Assembly: GCA_964270895.1 (NCBI GenBank)
Contig: OZ185440.1
From: Podarcis filfolensis
Lineage: Eukaryota
Strand: one strand, 5' to 3'
DNA length: 64,000 bases
Shown here: positions 1 to 15,339 of the stretch, piece after piece
Position numbering within the stretch: the stretch's first letter is position 1
How the letters are laid out: every line of letters starts with the position of its first letter
Made by a program: the position numbers and the translations under genes
The notes under the pieces: model-generated
Database searches by the model: none
Seen by the model: the letters and a program-made list of their open reading frames with translations, nothing else
What the model was told of the DNA's origin: nothing

Positions 1-801
1 TATCAACTAACTGACATTGAAGCAGATGGGTCTAAAAACAGGCCTTGTTGGACCCTTGAGAAATAGCCCAGTTTCCCTACTTCCCTGAGGTGTCTGCAGC
101 AGAAATGTGTTGATCTTATGGGGAGTTTGGCTTTCTGGAGCCTAACCGGCTTCTCTTTACTCCACCATTCAGAGCAGATGGTTCTCCTGCTCCATCTCAG
201 TTGGTTCTGAGTGGGGAGTGGGGAAGAGCAGCCCAGGCTTTCTGGTGAGAGCAGTAGCATGTGGAAATGGCAGTTCCTTGTATCTGCTTGTTCTTCTTTT
301 CCTCACATGGATGTTGGAAATGATGGGCGGTGGGGGTGGCAAACCAATTATTCCCTTTTTAACTTTTCTGCCATGTACACACTATGACAGGAGTGCCCTG
401 AACTATTTTTTGCAGTGTCTTTGGCTGACAAAATGAATTTCTGTGAAACAGAATATCTGACAGGATAATACTGGGCACTCTGCTTTCTTTCTTTCTTTTT
501 CTTTTTGAAAGTTTGATGTTTCATTTCCATTCATAAGCAGAAGTGGAATATTTTGTATACCTCAGTCTAGCACAGTTCATGGGAAATCATTTGCCTCAAT
601 ATTCCCATTTTGTATTTTTTGTGTGAACTGCCCTTGGATCTTTGGATGAAGGGCAGTGTACAAATTTAATAAATAATAATAACAACAAGAAGACAGAATA
701 TCACCCAGAAACTTTATAAAAATTTCATATCTATCCTGTCAACACTCGTATAGTCTTCAGGAACTGTTGTTGAAGTTTTGAAGTATTTACACATACTTTA
801 A

Positions 802-1020
<219 letters not shown>

Positions 1021-4000
1021 TAGAGTTCCTTCTTCAGTTTACAAGTTGGAAAGTCAAATTTTACCTAGATGGGGCACTATACTTACGGGACGTCTCCCAG
1101 TGCCCCTTTCCATGAACTGCCTCATTTAGCTGTTGCCTCCACAGAGCCGTCAATGGTATCCTCAACAACTGAGTTTCATAGTAACTCTGTCCTTAAAATT
1201 TATTGTGACATTAATTAAAACTGTTGATCCAAATCTAAGAGATGATTGCAGCATTTTCACCAGAGGCTGCTGGTGACAACTGTCTTAGCCATTGTTTGAC
1301 CTGGTTTTCCAAGTGTAACAATAGGTCTGGTGAGCAGCCCAAGGTAGTGAAACCTCCATGTTCTAGCTTCATTCCCTCTTCACAGCTCTACCAAGCGTCA
1401 TTATTTCAAAAGCTTGCCAACCTTTTCATTATTTCTTGACAAAGAAATGGGAAACAGAAAATTGCCTTGTATCACATCAGACCATTGGTCTACACTGACT
1501 GGTGCTTGAACTCCAGAGTTTCAGACAGGAGTTTTTTTCAGCCCTGTTTGGAGATACAAGGGATTGAACCTGCAACCTTCTGCATGTAAAACGTGTGCTT
1601 TGCTGCTAAGCTACAGCCCCGAGGACTTTCTCAAAAGATTCTCCCCTCTTCCTCTGCATACCCACCACATGCAAGTGCAGTTGTTACTTATTTGTTGAAT
1701 GGGACATTTTCAACACAAGGTAGCATTTCTGTTGTGGGGATTTCACATTTACCCAGCACTCAAAACTCTGCTGATTTTTTGCTAAGAAAATTCTGTTTCT
1801 GCCCCTACTTCTCAGCTATGGTGTCTTTTTGCAGCTGGGAGTGTTGAGTGAAATATCATTCCTGTCTCCTGAGTTTGAATAGTGCCCATGGCCCCAAGCA
1901 ACACAACTCCCCAAGATGCCAGTGCCATTTAAAAAGGGGATCAATTTATTTTTTTGTTACTTTTGAAGCTGAGTGTCAACCTGCTATACAACTCTCCTGG
2001 CCTTATGCTGCCTCCCTCCCCGCACCCTCCTTCCCATCACAGCAATGTTCATCCATGGACTGTTGGCATTTTGGAGACAGGGCCTTCCAGAGTTAAAACT
2101 ATATCTCCCACAGATATATATGTACATGCATACACACACATGGCTTCCCTCCCCCTTGGTTAATTACATGAGGACAAGGTATCACGCTATTGCTGCTGGA
2201 TTGGCATTAGCATGAATATGAGTGAGAGAAGCGTGTAGGCTTTTTTATCATCTGGAAAGGCTTGCAGAGAAAAAGGTGAGACTCCACAAATGGAGGGCGT
2301 CTGTGTTCTGTCTCTGGCAGCTCCAGGGAACGTGACCTTAGTTAAAAGGGGGGGAAAGCCCTTCTGCTGAAAGCTGTCTAACCGCCTTACTGATTCCAGA
2401 CCCCATTTGCTTCATTATTATTTTTCAGAGCTCACCGCCTCCAAGATGCTAGAGTTCCAGGAAAGCATAATAACCCAGAGCCATATCCCCTGTGTCTGGG
2501 ATTTTATTACAGTTTGGAGCTGTTTTACTGCTAGTTCACTTCACTCACAATAACAACAACAATAATGATAATAATAATAAAAAGCTCCAACTTCATAGTT
2601 CCTGCTAGAACTGATGGGTTGGGGGAGACACAAGGGAGCAGCCTCAGATGAGGTTTGCTTGAACTTTCTTTCTGGGATTCATCAGCCTTGGTTCATTCTA
2701 TTTTACAGACCATTTCCTAGCAATAAATTTTCTAGCTTGTAAGTAAAAATATATCTTAACAGGTAGCAGAAGCTATTTGAGAATTTAGGGAATCGTGTGT
2801 GAGAGAGAAAGAGAGGGGGGTGGATGTGGGAGAGAGAAATGTTGATTTTTGCAAAACAGCCAAATTGTAAAGGGTTTTTTTTTAGTCTACGTTTATTTTC
2901 AAATTCACTGTTCTTTGAAAACTATTTCCTCTTCCAGTATAGTTATTTGCAATCCCTCCTGTTCATTATTTGAGTGCTCAGAGCTAGTTAACTATTGCAT
3001 CCAGACAGTGATTATTGTGATTTTGGACCTAAGACTGGTCTCAGCCTTCATGTGCAGGGAGCTAATAAGGCTAAGCCATTGCCACTTCCCCACCCCTCTC
3101 CACTTAGGGCACAATCCTAAGGGGGTGTTGCAAGGATCATAGGGATCATAGGATGCAGCAGATCTTTTCCTCTGCCTATGGAGAGGGAGGCCAATGAGCA
3201 GATAAGGGGATCTGGTCATACAAGCCTCCCTGTTGCGGGCACAGAAACCCCACTGGCCCTTGCTGCTTTGCTGTTTGTGCTCCGATAGTAGTAATGGCAT
3301 GTTGGGAACTCAGCAGAAGAGGCTTTGGATCCAGCCAATTCAAAGGTCTCTCATTCCTCCAACACATTCCAGGAATTGCCAGGTTGTTGGTGGTGTGCCA
3401 AGTGTGCTAGTCCTGGGACTGTACTTACTTTCCAGCTCAATTGGGCAGGCAGGTGAAGAAAAACACCAGATCAGGGGGAACACACCTTTTTTTCTGCTGG
3501 TGTGAACCTACCAAGGTGTTGGATATGACAGTTCCTCCATCTTGGATTCTCTCTTTCCCATAAGATTGTCCTGCTCAACTTCTCATCCAGATACAGTAGC
3601 AAACAGCTTGCTGGGGCGGTACTGCTCACTTAACCTCCAGTTGATCACACCATTGCTGCTTACCAAGAAGTAGAGGGTGAGGTGGCAGTGAGGTCAGTGT
3701 AGTGCAGACTCACTTGCAAGAGCACTGGATTGACTCTGCCAGTGTGTTTGCACTACACTGACCTTACTGCTGCATTGCCCCTCTACCTCCCAATAAACAG
3801 CAGCACAACCAACTAGGAATCTTGTGAGTGGCAGCAGCCCACCATTGCTACTGTCCAGTCATTGGTTGTTGTGAACCTACAGTCTTAGCCATATATCTGT
3901 CACTTCTCAACAACTGGTGGCTTCCTGCTCATCTTTAACATAACGCTTCTGCTTCAGAACAATGCTCTGGGTAGCCTGCGCACTGTGTGCATGACCAACA

Positions 4001-5263
4001 TCAACTTAGGCAACAGAACTTGTGCACAAGGATGTATTTTGAGCAACTGCCTCTGAGGAAGGTGGCTACACTTGAAATGTCACTTACTATACCTACATGG
4101 TGGGCTACATTCTTCTTACTATAAACAGCTTCACATAGCCCCCTTTGAAGTTCATCTCTCTCACCTTTCCGGTGCTGTTCTGCTTCCCCCACCCCCACCC
4201 CGAAAGTGGCAATGGAGGCCACATTCTAGACAGAACTTAATTGCACATCTAAGTCCCTGCTTGAACTGGTTCCTTTCGGCTCAGTGCGCATCTAAGCCAA
4301 GGTTTGGCTTAGCATGTTTGTTCAAATCAGGGCTTGTGGTTATTACTGAGGACCCCCTATTTTTCAAAAGCCAAGCAAATCAGAAGGAGTTGAGGTTGGA
4401 TGGGTGCAGGGAGGAGCGGAAGCAGAGTCCCCTCCACCACATGGGTTGAGTGGGAGAAGATGGAAGTGCATCAAGCTGCTGTCAGTGGGGCAGCCAGCGA
4501 AGCTGCATGTCCACTGTGGCTGCTGCTGCTTTTCTGCTACTGAGAAAAGCTGCTCCACCTCAGTGCCAGGGGCAGGTAGTGCCACAGTGCCTGGAAGTGA
4601 AGGGTGATCAGCTGCCCCATTCTCTGTCAGCCTGTGGGAAGGCAGCTCATATCAGCAGTGTTATCAGCTAGGATCATTGTGCGATATTGGTGGTGCCTTG
4701 AAATTAGCTGCTCTGTTCTCCCTCGCGCGAGGAGTGATATATTGCCAAGTCAAAATTGTTATCGTGATGTGATTTCAAAACTGATTTTGGCCAATACAGT
4801 ATATTGAAAAATTGCACACTGCTAAAACAGACCATAAAATATGTGGTATTACCATGCAAAAATGACAAGGAAATAGTTGGAGGGAAGGCAAGGGATGGGG
4901 CCACAAATCCCATGGGTGCATTCCGTGGATTCCCAGGGGTCCCCGGACCCCTAATTGGGAACCACTGGCCTAGAACAAACCTTGATGACAGCATATGGGG
5001 GAAGGAGGAGAGAGCTTAATCAGAAGCTCTGGTTCAAACGGCATGCTAGACCAAATTTTGGTTTAGCTGTTATGCCACGCTGAGCTAAAAGGACCCAGGA
5101 GGAGCAAAACTGCTATAGTTCCCTTCCTGAGATCCTACACATTCATGCTAAGCCACAGTTTAGCTTCGTGTTAATGTCACCTGTGTTTTGAACCCAGGAG
5201 TACCACCCACCAATTTTATTTCTTCATTGAGTGGGCATGCATTCAACTGTCACAATTTCTTAA

Positions 5264-5512
<249 letters not shown>

Positions 5513-8299
5513 TGAGCTAGATTTGCTCACAGTTGTGGCCTGCAACATTGGAATGTTCCTTCTCCTAAGCACACAACATGCTCCAGAGCTAAGAAATTAT
5601 GGGACAGTTTTCAAGGAAACATGATAGCCAGTCATTTGTTCTGTTCTCCATAAGAGTAAAAATCAGTTGAAATTCTTTGGAAGATCCTGAGATAGGCATG
5701 ACTGCATGAGCAGGCCAGCTACTAACTAGCCATGCTTTCAGGCACCCACCCAAGTAGAAAGGGAAGATGCTAAAATACTGCTTCAAAGATGGAAGAGGGA
5801 CCTGATGCAGAATGGAACTGTACAAATTAGTCTCCACTCCTATTAACACCTGGCAGCTTTTTGTTAAGCAGCAATATAATGAACTTATCTGTATGGCAGT
5901 TAATTAACACCCTTAATCCCCTCAGACTTCTTTCCTAACTTTCTTAGTCCTCAGTATGCTTTGTTGGAAAAAAATAATGTAAAGTTTGTATTGCTGTCTT
6001 GATTTAAAAATAAACAAACAAATGCATAAACATGAATTTTAGTTCATCATTCTGAGCACTATAAATGTTGGTTTTCTTACTTTGAAAAAAAGTTTAAAAC
6101 CAGGTGAAAAAAATGAACTTTGTAGTGTAGAAGAGGGAATTTTACCCGCTGAAGTTCCCTGTTTAATGGTTGTGTAAAACAGGAGTTTTTGTATAAAGGA
6201 GTTCTGTCTTTTTTCACCTGGACACTCTGTTTAAAACCCTGCTGTCCTGAAATAGATGTTACTTCAGCATATCTTCAGAGTACATGCAGGAGAGGATCCA
6301 TAGGTGGGGGGTATTTAAGCTGGTGGCTGCTTTCCAGGAGCCAGCCCTAGACATTTTGCTGCCTGAAGCAAAGGACAAGATGGTTCCTTCCTATTTAATG
6401 TACAAAGTCAGTAGGGCTGGCAGGTGATGGATCAGCATTGTCCACCAGACCTGAGGGCACCAGGCAGACCACGTGTCCTACAACAGAGTGGAATGAACAG
6501 GGTCTTGGAAGGAATGGCAAGCGAGAGAGTTGATGCCACTGGCCCCATAACCCAGCATCTGCTGCCTCACTCTACTGTTTCCCTGTGGTTTGTTACCCTG
6601 TCCAGTAGGTTTAGTTGGGGTGTCAAGAGGAGAATTTTGGTGATAGATCTGCCAGCCCAGCTTTACAGAGGTAGATTTGTTCAAATTTTCTAATTTGAAC
6701 AAATCTACTTTTGTAAAGCTGTTTTATCTTTTCTTTCAGGGGGAGGGAAAACATCAACATTTAGGCTGCAATCCTGTGTGCACTTACCATGGAGCAAGCC
6801 TAGTTGAACTCTGTAGGGCTTACTTCTGCATAGGCATGCATTGCACTGTTATTAAGCTTTCTGATCGATTTCATTGTAATTTTTTTTAAAAAATCAAACT
6901 CTCATTCAGAAATAAGGTGCAGTAGATTTTTGGGAGATCAACAGCCGAGTCCTCAAAACTGTCATTTCCAAGATAATGGGAATTTATTCTCACTTCTGTG
7001 TTTTTTTTCCCTTTTGAATAGGAAATGTATGGTAAATGTGTGCTTCCATGCAATTAACATGGCTAGTCTATTTTACTGACTCATGTTTAGTTGCTGCCTT
7101 TTCACTGTAGAGACCCTTACAGAAAACAGTTAAAAGCAACATTATAAGAAGTATTAACATTAAATAATTGCAGTATAAAAAATGCAGTTAAAAACATTTA
7201 AATCCAATTAGCTCAAAGACCACAGCCAGGTCTGACGGAAGAGGGACGTTTTTCTCAATCGTCTGTAAATCCCAGTAGTGCTTAATCCCACTCTGCTAAA
7301 GAAGTTGTCCCTTCCTATGCTTTACCTCAGCATGACTAATCATAAAAAGGGGAAAGTATTTCTCTTCCTGTACAAATACCTTGGAGACACATAGCACTTT
7401 GGGCATGCAAAGTGTTAGCTAACCCTCATACACTTCACCGCTCACTGACATGATACCAGGTCACAACCCAGGCCTCAAGAGGCAACTGGCTTGGGTCTAC
7501 AGCTGTGTTCAACATCAGGGCCTGTTTCCCTCTCCAAATCAGCAGCTGTAAGTTCTCCCCTCCCTTCTGGCTGGGGAAGGCAGCTGCTAACATGTGATGT
7601 AGTGCAGGTGTTTTATTCTGACTGCGTAAGGCCTGGCCCTAGGGAAGCTGGGCGTGTGTTAGGAGTTGAGGTGGGAAGAGTTGCTTTATGCTTAGGTTAT
7701 GGCCCCTTTCATCTCCATCCAGGTTCTGCCTTCATGGCTTTCTTTTTATGAGTTTGTGGCAATTAGGTTAATGAAGCCAATGACGTAAACATGAAGCCAG
7801 TAGGCTGACTGTGGCCAACAGACTGTGCCTTCCAGCGCCAGTGAACTTCCCTTTAGGAAAAGAATAGGTGGCCCTGGCATCTCCCTCAGCAAAGACTCTA
7901 CTGGGAAAGCATATTTTCTGCTTGTGGTTACTTCTGAGCATCTCACTGGGAAAGTGGCAGTGGAAAACTTGCAAACTCTCTTCCCATTCCCAGCCCTTTT
8001 GCTCCATTTGGGGTTCTTGTGTCAGCCCTGAGATTCAGCCCTTTTACTTGTATACAAAGTTGAGGAATGTGTTGGCCCTAATCTTGTGACGCACTCCCAA
8101 GCTGATACTTCTGTCCTAATTAGTCAGAAACGATTTCCACCTTTCCTCCCCTCCCCAGTTCTGTACTTGTAGTCACTGGCATGGTTTAGAACCACTTTTT
8201 CACTCATAAACATTATGTACTAAAAGGATGGGGGAAAGATCCCTTTATTCAGACAGGCAGATAGGCAGTTTTTATCCCAGCATTCCTCCAAGGAGCTCA

Positions 8300-8430
8300 G
8301 AGCAACATACATGGTTCCCTCTCTTTTATCCTCAACAACCCTGTGATAGGGTTAGGCTGACAGAAAGGGAGTGTGACCGGCCCAGTTGTCATCCAGTGAG
8401 TTTCATAGCTCTGGAGATTTGAAGCTGGGC
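8300..8430 (-). mobile_element. MIR/CORE-like SINE fragment
   Basis: TTATCCTCAACAACCCTGTGATAGGGTTAGGCTG motif shared with 63300-63430. Confidence 0.55.
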
Positions 8431-8604
8431 TTTTACCCTTTTTCAACCTTCATGATTTTTAGTGTAACATTGTGGTTAAGAGTATTAAGGAGTAATTGCT
8501 GTGCATGAAATAATATTGAATATGTGTACTTCAGTGCTTATTTTACTTGAGGGGGTTAGGTCTAACAATGCAGCCTAGACTGCAGAGGAAATAATGGCAG
8601 TTGG

Positions 8605-8608
<4 letters not shown>

Positions 8609-8639
<31 letters not shown>

Positions 8640-8644
8640 TGTGT
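8609..8644. repeat. (AC)14 microsatellite followed by (GT)4
   Basis: Direct reading. Confidence 0.95.
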
Positions 8645-8796
8645 TTGCTTCTGTTAGAATGACTTTGACAAAAGACTGCTGGCAATGGGTACAGTTTCAA
8701 AATCTCTGGTTATTGAGGAAGTAAAATAATCCAGGCCTCAGGGATGTACCGTCTACTTGGTGGAATGTGGCTTATACACTCTTTTCCTGTTCCCAG

Positions 8797-8913
8797 ATAT
8801 TGATGAATGCTCCTTTGACAGAACCTGTGACCACATCTGTGTAAACACACCAGGGAGCTTCCAGTGCCTGTGTCACAAAGGCTACACACTCTACGGACTC
8901 ACCCACTGTGGAG
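8797..8913 (+). CDS. SCUBE3: SCUBE3 exon 9, calcium-binding EGF 8
   Basis: cccag|ATATT...GGAG|gtatca; 117 nt; [39 protein letters not shown]. Confidence 0.96.
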
Positions 8914-11831
8914 GTATCAGTGTGACAGATAAGCATGAGTGGGACTTGGCTGTTCTTTGTGACCTCTTTGGCACCTCTTTCTTGAACTTTAAACCTTCTA
9001 CCTCTCTCAGGTATAACTGTCCTCTTTCTGTTCTAAGCTGAAGCCTAGTGACCTTTGACCTCCAAGGGACCAGTTCAGACTGGTTTTCATTTATGGACAG
9101 TAAGCTTTGAGAAAGTCTCCATTGCTCATGTAGTTTCTGCTTCACCCAAAGCAGGGTCCTCCCTGTAATATTGTCAGTAATCATTCAGCTCTAAGCTGAA
9201 AACAGAACCTGGAGAATATCAGCAAGCCCAAGAGCTGAATAGAAGTTAGAAAACGGTTCTTGCACATTGGGTAGGTAAAGTCATTTTTAAATTCAAAGAT
9301 GACTAAAAACTGTTCCTATTAATGTGCAAGGTAATATTCATGAATACTTAGTATCTTTCAGAAGACACTGATGCTGGCTTCAGTTGGAAGTGAGACACTT
9401 TACTATGTGATGGTGGATCACAGGCACAGTAAGACAACTGCTGTGTTACTTATCAAAGATAGCTCTCCTGTATCTCATGTTAGATGGAAATCTTTAGGCA
9501 AGATGCTAATAGCTCAGATTGAGCTCAATCCATTGATGAGGATCTTGCATTCTAAACACCGAGGCCGTGTCTGCTGTCATGTATTTCAGTTTGACATTCC
9601 CTCGCACTCTGTGAAGTTGTTAGTAATGAAATTTAGACTGTGTAAAGACATGACCGTGTAGAGTGGTGTCTCTGATGTGATACAGCACATTACTGCAGTT
9701 TAGACCCAGCAGCTCCTGCCTTCGTGCTTCATGGTGCAGACATTAGTAGAATAATGTAGTTCGGGATCAGCTCATAACCAGGTTAACAGTGGGTGGCCAT
9801 ACAAGCAGTGAAGTTACCAACATAGACCTGTGAAAATCTGAAAGCACAGACATGGAGAGCCTTTCAGAGTACAGGTCATTCACTGTTTGTGTACCACAAA
9901 TTACTGGGTGTCTGGTATCCCAGTGCTTCTGTCTGGATTATACTGGTGGCTTATCCTTTAAGACAGGAAAACAAAAGCAGGTCTGTTCACTGCAAGGATA
10001 AACTCTGCAAATCTAAACACTTGTTGGATCTCACATCATCAGCATAAACATATATATGTATGGTGCTGTCTATAATGAGTCACACCATTGGGCCATATAG
10101 CCCAGCATGATCTGCTCATATTGATAGTGGCTCCCCAGTATCTTGGACAGAGATGTATTCTAATCTTGCTGAGATCCTTTTGATTGTAATCACTAAGGGT
10201 GAAACCTTGGAACTTCTACTTCTAATACATGTGCTCTACTAATGATCTCTTCCCAATGCATCTTAGTGGCCCTAGTCAGAGAATCTTTGTATGGTGAGTT
10301 GCTTATGTGATGGATTTTATGGACTGTGTTTGCCCTTGCTTGAAGTGTAGAGAATACTATAGTTTATGCAGAAATGTTTCATTTGAATGTTCTTTATAGT
10401 CTCTACATAATTTGTCCACAAAACAGCTCTAACACAACAATTCCAATTTTACACAAAAATTAAACTGAGACTTGCCCAAGCCAATGATTGAACCAAGCAA
10501 GGGCTGAACAGGTTTCTTAAAGCCTGGCCTACCATTCCTGCACCTGGACCACAAGAGAGATTTCCGCCCCACCCCCCTCTTTCTTGTGAGACCACATTTA
10601 GTGAATTATGTTTCCTAAAATATGTTTGCTACTCTTTGCAGAGAGTGGCAGGACCAGACATTTGTCTCTGCAGCTATAAACAAGGTGACAGGAACGATTT
10701 GTGTCTTGTCCAGTGGGATGTGAGTAGGGAAAACCCCACTGTGAGTTTTTGGCAGAGGATTTGAGGTGGGTGGAGGGGAACTTCAGAAAGTTTTATGGTT
10801 TCTCAATGGAGGGGGAGGAAAGGGTTGGGGTTGTGCCAGCAAGAAAAATGGAAAGACAGATGGAAGGCGTGGAGGGGTTTGTTGGAGCGTGTTGCTGCAG
10901 CAGTGTGGCTTGCCACGATAAATATAAGGGAGAGTTATTTCTCTCAAGATGCCCTAGATTATACAGACTGAGGCAGATGCGTAAACAGACTGCAGCAATT
11001 ACACGCACACAAACATGCACGCAAGCAAAGTATGCAGACTGGCAAAAGTGAAGTGCACCTGAAAACTGAAAACACAAATTCGCCCGTTGGGCTCAATTTG
11101 CCACTCCTGTCAAACTGGTGCAGATTCATGGTCTTCAGTGTGGTAAAATGTAATCACAAATCAAAAACAGCATATTGTCCGAGTGCCAATGTTGTCACGC
11201 AGCTTCGTAAGTATTGTTTAAACTGCATGCTGGACCTTTACTTGATGTCTGTCCAAAGTGTGCTAACATTCTGTGGTTGCCAAGTACAGATCCCCTCTGT
11301 ACTTGCTTGAGATGAAGCTGTTTCTGCTTAGGCAACCAATTTTGCTCAGTCCTTTGCATGATAACAGGCAGAGCCCAGCTATGGATCACAGGTGTGGACA
11401 CAGAAATCACATTGCAAGGAGACAGTTGTAGATGGAGTGTATCTGCATCACTAGCATATTTTGTGAGAAATGTCACATTTAATTGTCCTGCTAGGAGAGG
11501 CTTATTGTATTGAATTAGTTGCTTGCAAAGGAAGGTTTCATATCATTGTTAATCATAGACCTGAGATGCATATGTGCAGGAGGCTGCACGCTTCCGGTGC
11601 AATATTGCTAAATGGGGGGGGGGGGAGAGAGAGAGACTGGAAACGCTCCTAAGAGAAACAAGGGCTATAGGGCTAAGTAAAGGTTCCTCCACCCTTTAAT
11701 CTTATTTTGGTTCTGGGAGTGGGACTGGCGACTATGTATACACCATACATACAGTTCCCTACGAAAGCTCTGTAATGGATAAACTACAGCTCCCAATATA
11801 CTTTGCAGGAAGTTATACACTATAACATTTT

Positions 11832-12002
11832 TAAACAGTGTTTCTGTGCACTACTCTGGTTTCGCCAGAAGCGGCTTAGTCATGCTGGCCACATGACCCG
11901 GAAGCTGTACGCTAACTCCCTCGGCCAGTAAAGCGAGATGAGCGCTGCAACCCCAGAGTCGTCTGCGACTGGACCTAACAGTCAGTGGTCCCTTTACCTT
12001 TA
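11832..12002 (+). mobile_element. 5'-truncated Sauria-type SINE
   Basis: CTGGCCACATGACCCGGAAGC...GGTCCCTTTACCTTTA 3' end. Confidence 0.85.
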
Positions 12003-15000
12003 TGCATTATAAATATGCTTCAAATGTATGGTGTGATCACAGCTGAGAGAGAAGGTTTTACTCAATGCATACCTATGATATGAAAGTACAGCTGCCTTAG
12101 ACTACCTAAGGAATTTGATTTGAAGGGTGGGCATCCAGGCTCATAGCACATCTTCTTTATGCACTGTGTCATGTTACCTGTTGAGGAAATAAACCAAACA
12201 AATCAGTACACAAGGGAGATGGGGGCAACTGGCTAGGTCACACACCAGAATAGAAAAGGAGCTAGATGCTATAATATATCACAAATTGAAAAATGAGTAA
12301 TTAGGCATTTGAAAGGGGGCTGTTTCCTGTTGAAGAAATCAAGCATCATTTTGCAATTTTTATCAAGAGAAATGTAGGCAGCACAACAGAAGATTGTTCT
12401 GCTGCTTTGCTTGGCGCTGTTTGGGCCCTAGCCTCAGTAACATGAAGGCAATGAAATATTGCAAAGCTTGTAAGTCAAGATGGAAAGGTTTTGGTATTTG
12501 GGGGGCTTGTCTACATTTTGCATTCCTTGGCTCAGCTACAGTAAGTGATTAAGAACTTAAATTATATACCAGACACCTGCAGCCAGAGATTTGCCCAGTT
12601 AATCTGAAGTAATATGCAAATTTCTGCCTTCCTCACTTTTTCACACTCTTTTCAAAAACCGTCCTTCCTGCTCCAAGGCTTTGTATGATGAGGTTTCCTG
12701 CATCTCTCTTCTGCTTCCTTGATCGCATGACCTTCAGCCCTCACCCTCTCAATTCCAGTGCAATGTATCATCCGTACAAATTGTGTGGGACTTTCCCCGT
12801 CTTCTTCCTTCCTCCATGAACCATACCCTCAGTTACTGTTCCTTGTAGGCTCTGTGTCCACCTTACAGGGGACTGCACTTCTAATCCCAAGCTCTTGTGC
12901 GCAGTGTTCCCCCCCTCTTCCGCCTTATTTTACCTCAACCACAACAACTTTTACATTCTACCTGCAGCAACCATCCCTACAGGTTTCTAGGCCCTGCCTG
13001 ATATTTTGTCCCTTCTGATTTCCCCACAACGGATGTATATACCAGTTCTGGTCACATCAAATATTTAGCCATAAACTTTATCACTTGAAATTATTTAAAA
13101 AGAGAGGATCAGGCAGACACCACTAGATAGTTTGATTGTCATTCATCTTGCTTTGCCAAAGTAGGACTTAACTCTGTGCTCTCCTGCTTTAACTTATGGC
13201 CTTATTTGAACATTCATTACTCTTCTTTGGAATTCTCTGATTCACACTGAAAGCTGAAAAGGAATCTTATCCAAGACCACATCAAACAATTAATCCATTT
13301 TTCATTGCTGGTTTAGGACACTAAGCTCCAGGAATACTGTGTTCCCACAGTAAATTAGATTTAACCCTGTGGAGGAAGATAGAAGTGAAATTAAAAGGGA
13401 TATGCTAGACAGGTCTTTTAAAATAAAAAATTAAAGATATGTCCCATCAGTATCATTATTAGGCTTCAGAGATAACTCAGACTCATGAGTGCAACACGAT
13501 TATTAACCCAACCCAGTGCCAGTGATGGGCTATTCTGTGCCCTAGACAAAGCTAGCTACTTGCACTCCACAATTGTTTTAATTGCTAACTTCAGTGCTCA
13601 AAAACTGATGTCTTGTAGAAAAAATTGAAAAGCACAAAATTTGAAACTGCTAAATAATCTTTGTGAATTATGATGTTAAAATTTAAGTCTCTTAATAGTT
13701 TCAATTTCAGGCACATCAAAATCTCAATTTGTGTGCTTTTCCTTCTTGTGGTGGCATAAGCCTTGGAAGTCTTTGAGCTATTGCTGTAAGTCCACAGCAC
13801 AGAACTTCAGCGCCAATATCTTTGTTTCCATTGTGCATCAGTGATTTTTCCAAATGCTTGCAGCCCTTGAGTACATCTTCAGTAGATATTTTGTTGATGG
13901 ATACTGCATATATGATACAGGAAGCCAAATAGGGAATTATAGTGGAGCTGTTATAGCTTGTATGGCCACGACTGAAACAACATAGTAGAAACCTACTTTG
14001 AATTTCTACTTTTGTCCTCGCAGTGCCTCTTCTTGGGCCTCATACTCAAACTGCCATTTCTTCCTCCTTTTCCCTAACCTGTTGTGTCTCAAAGTTTGGT
14101 AGTATTTCTAGCTCCTTTGCAATCTCAGTAACATCTATCAAAACTTGTTGAAAACCCTCATCACACCTGGAGCCCACAAGTTGCAGTTGCCCTTGTCACT
14201 GAATTTAAATCAGCTTCCTTATTTTATAGCATTTTGCTTGTGAGATTAACATGGAAAAGGATGTTGTAACATGCGATACCACAAACTGTTTTATTTATTT
14301 ATTTATATAGAGCATTTGTAGCCTGTTCTTTCACCAAAAAAAGCCTCCTGAGTGGCTTGCATAAAAACAAAACAAGACAATCGCTACCCACGGGTTTATG
14401 AGCTTACAAAAAGTGGCTTGCAAAAAGATGAATTGGCACAGACATCATTTGGGTTTGGGTTTGGGTTCCACAGTTTGGGTTCCACAGATTGACGTTTGCT
14501 CTGTGTTTTAGAGGCAGTATTCTTCTGCATGCCATTTGCCATCTTGTAGTACAAGAAATTGGGGGGGGGGTGTCAGATCCCCCCAAATAGCCCAATGAGG
14601 ATTGAGATTGCTTAGTGGCTGTGGAGGGAGGCCGGGAAATGGAAAACTAGGGTGGGGAATGGAATGCACTGGAGTGGGTGGAATGTTGAACAACAACACT
14701 GCACACTCCTAACATTTTGCTGCAGGTCCCATTTGTTGACTGTATGAGGCATCTGGACACAAAAATGGGAAATAACTGGAGACAGCTATCACCACCAGGC
14801 TTTGCTTTGTGCCCTTTGTTGCCCTCAGGGGAAGGTTGTCACATTCCACTCAGGATTATGGTTTTGAACCAGAATTCTAAAGGGGAGTGACATTCAGAAA
14901 ATACTGGGGGCGGTGGATTCTTTACCACTGAAATTAGGTGAAGCAAAGTGTTACCTCTTTCCATCTTCAGGGAACTTCACAGACTCGCATGTGTTGCCAT

Positions 15001-15339
15001 GAAGAGTGTGAGAGCTAAGAGTTGTAACTTAGTGGCAGACCACGTTCTTTGTATGAAAAATGGTTCAGTCCCTAGCATCTTAATGTAGGGCTGGAAAACA
15101 CATCTTGGAGACCTGCTGTCAAGTCCTTGTGGACCACAGCTGGGCAGCCAAGTGCAGCCCATTGCTGCTCTCAATACGGTCCATACTGAGAGCATACAAA
15201 GAGAACCCTGCCTTTAAAAAAAAGCTGTGTTAGAATTGCTGGGGAGTTCAGACTTTAACCTCCCTGGTAATCCCAAGCAGCTAGGGAGGGGGAGGTACTT
15301 TAAAATGGGGGGGGGGAGGAGGGCAGCCTAGGAGATGCC

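Noticed and set aside
12650-14000. Possible RTE/BovB LINE remnants
   Set aside because: Only faint motif resemblance; too degraded to support by eye.
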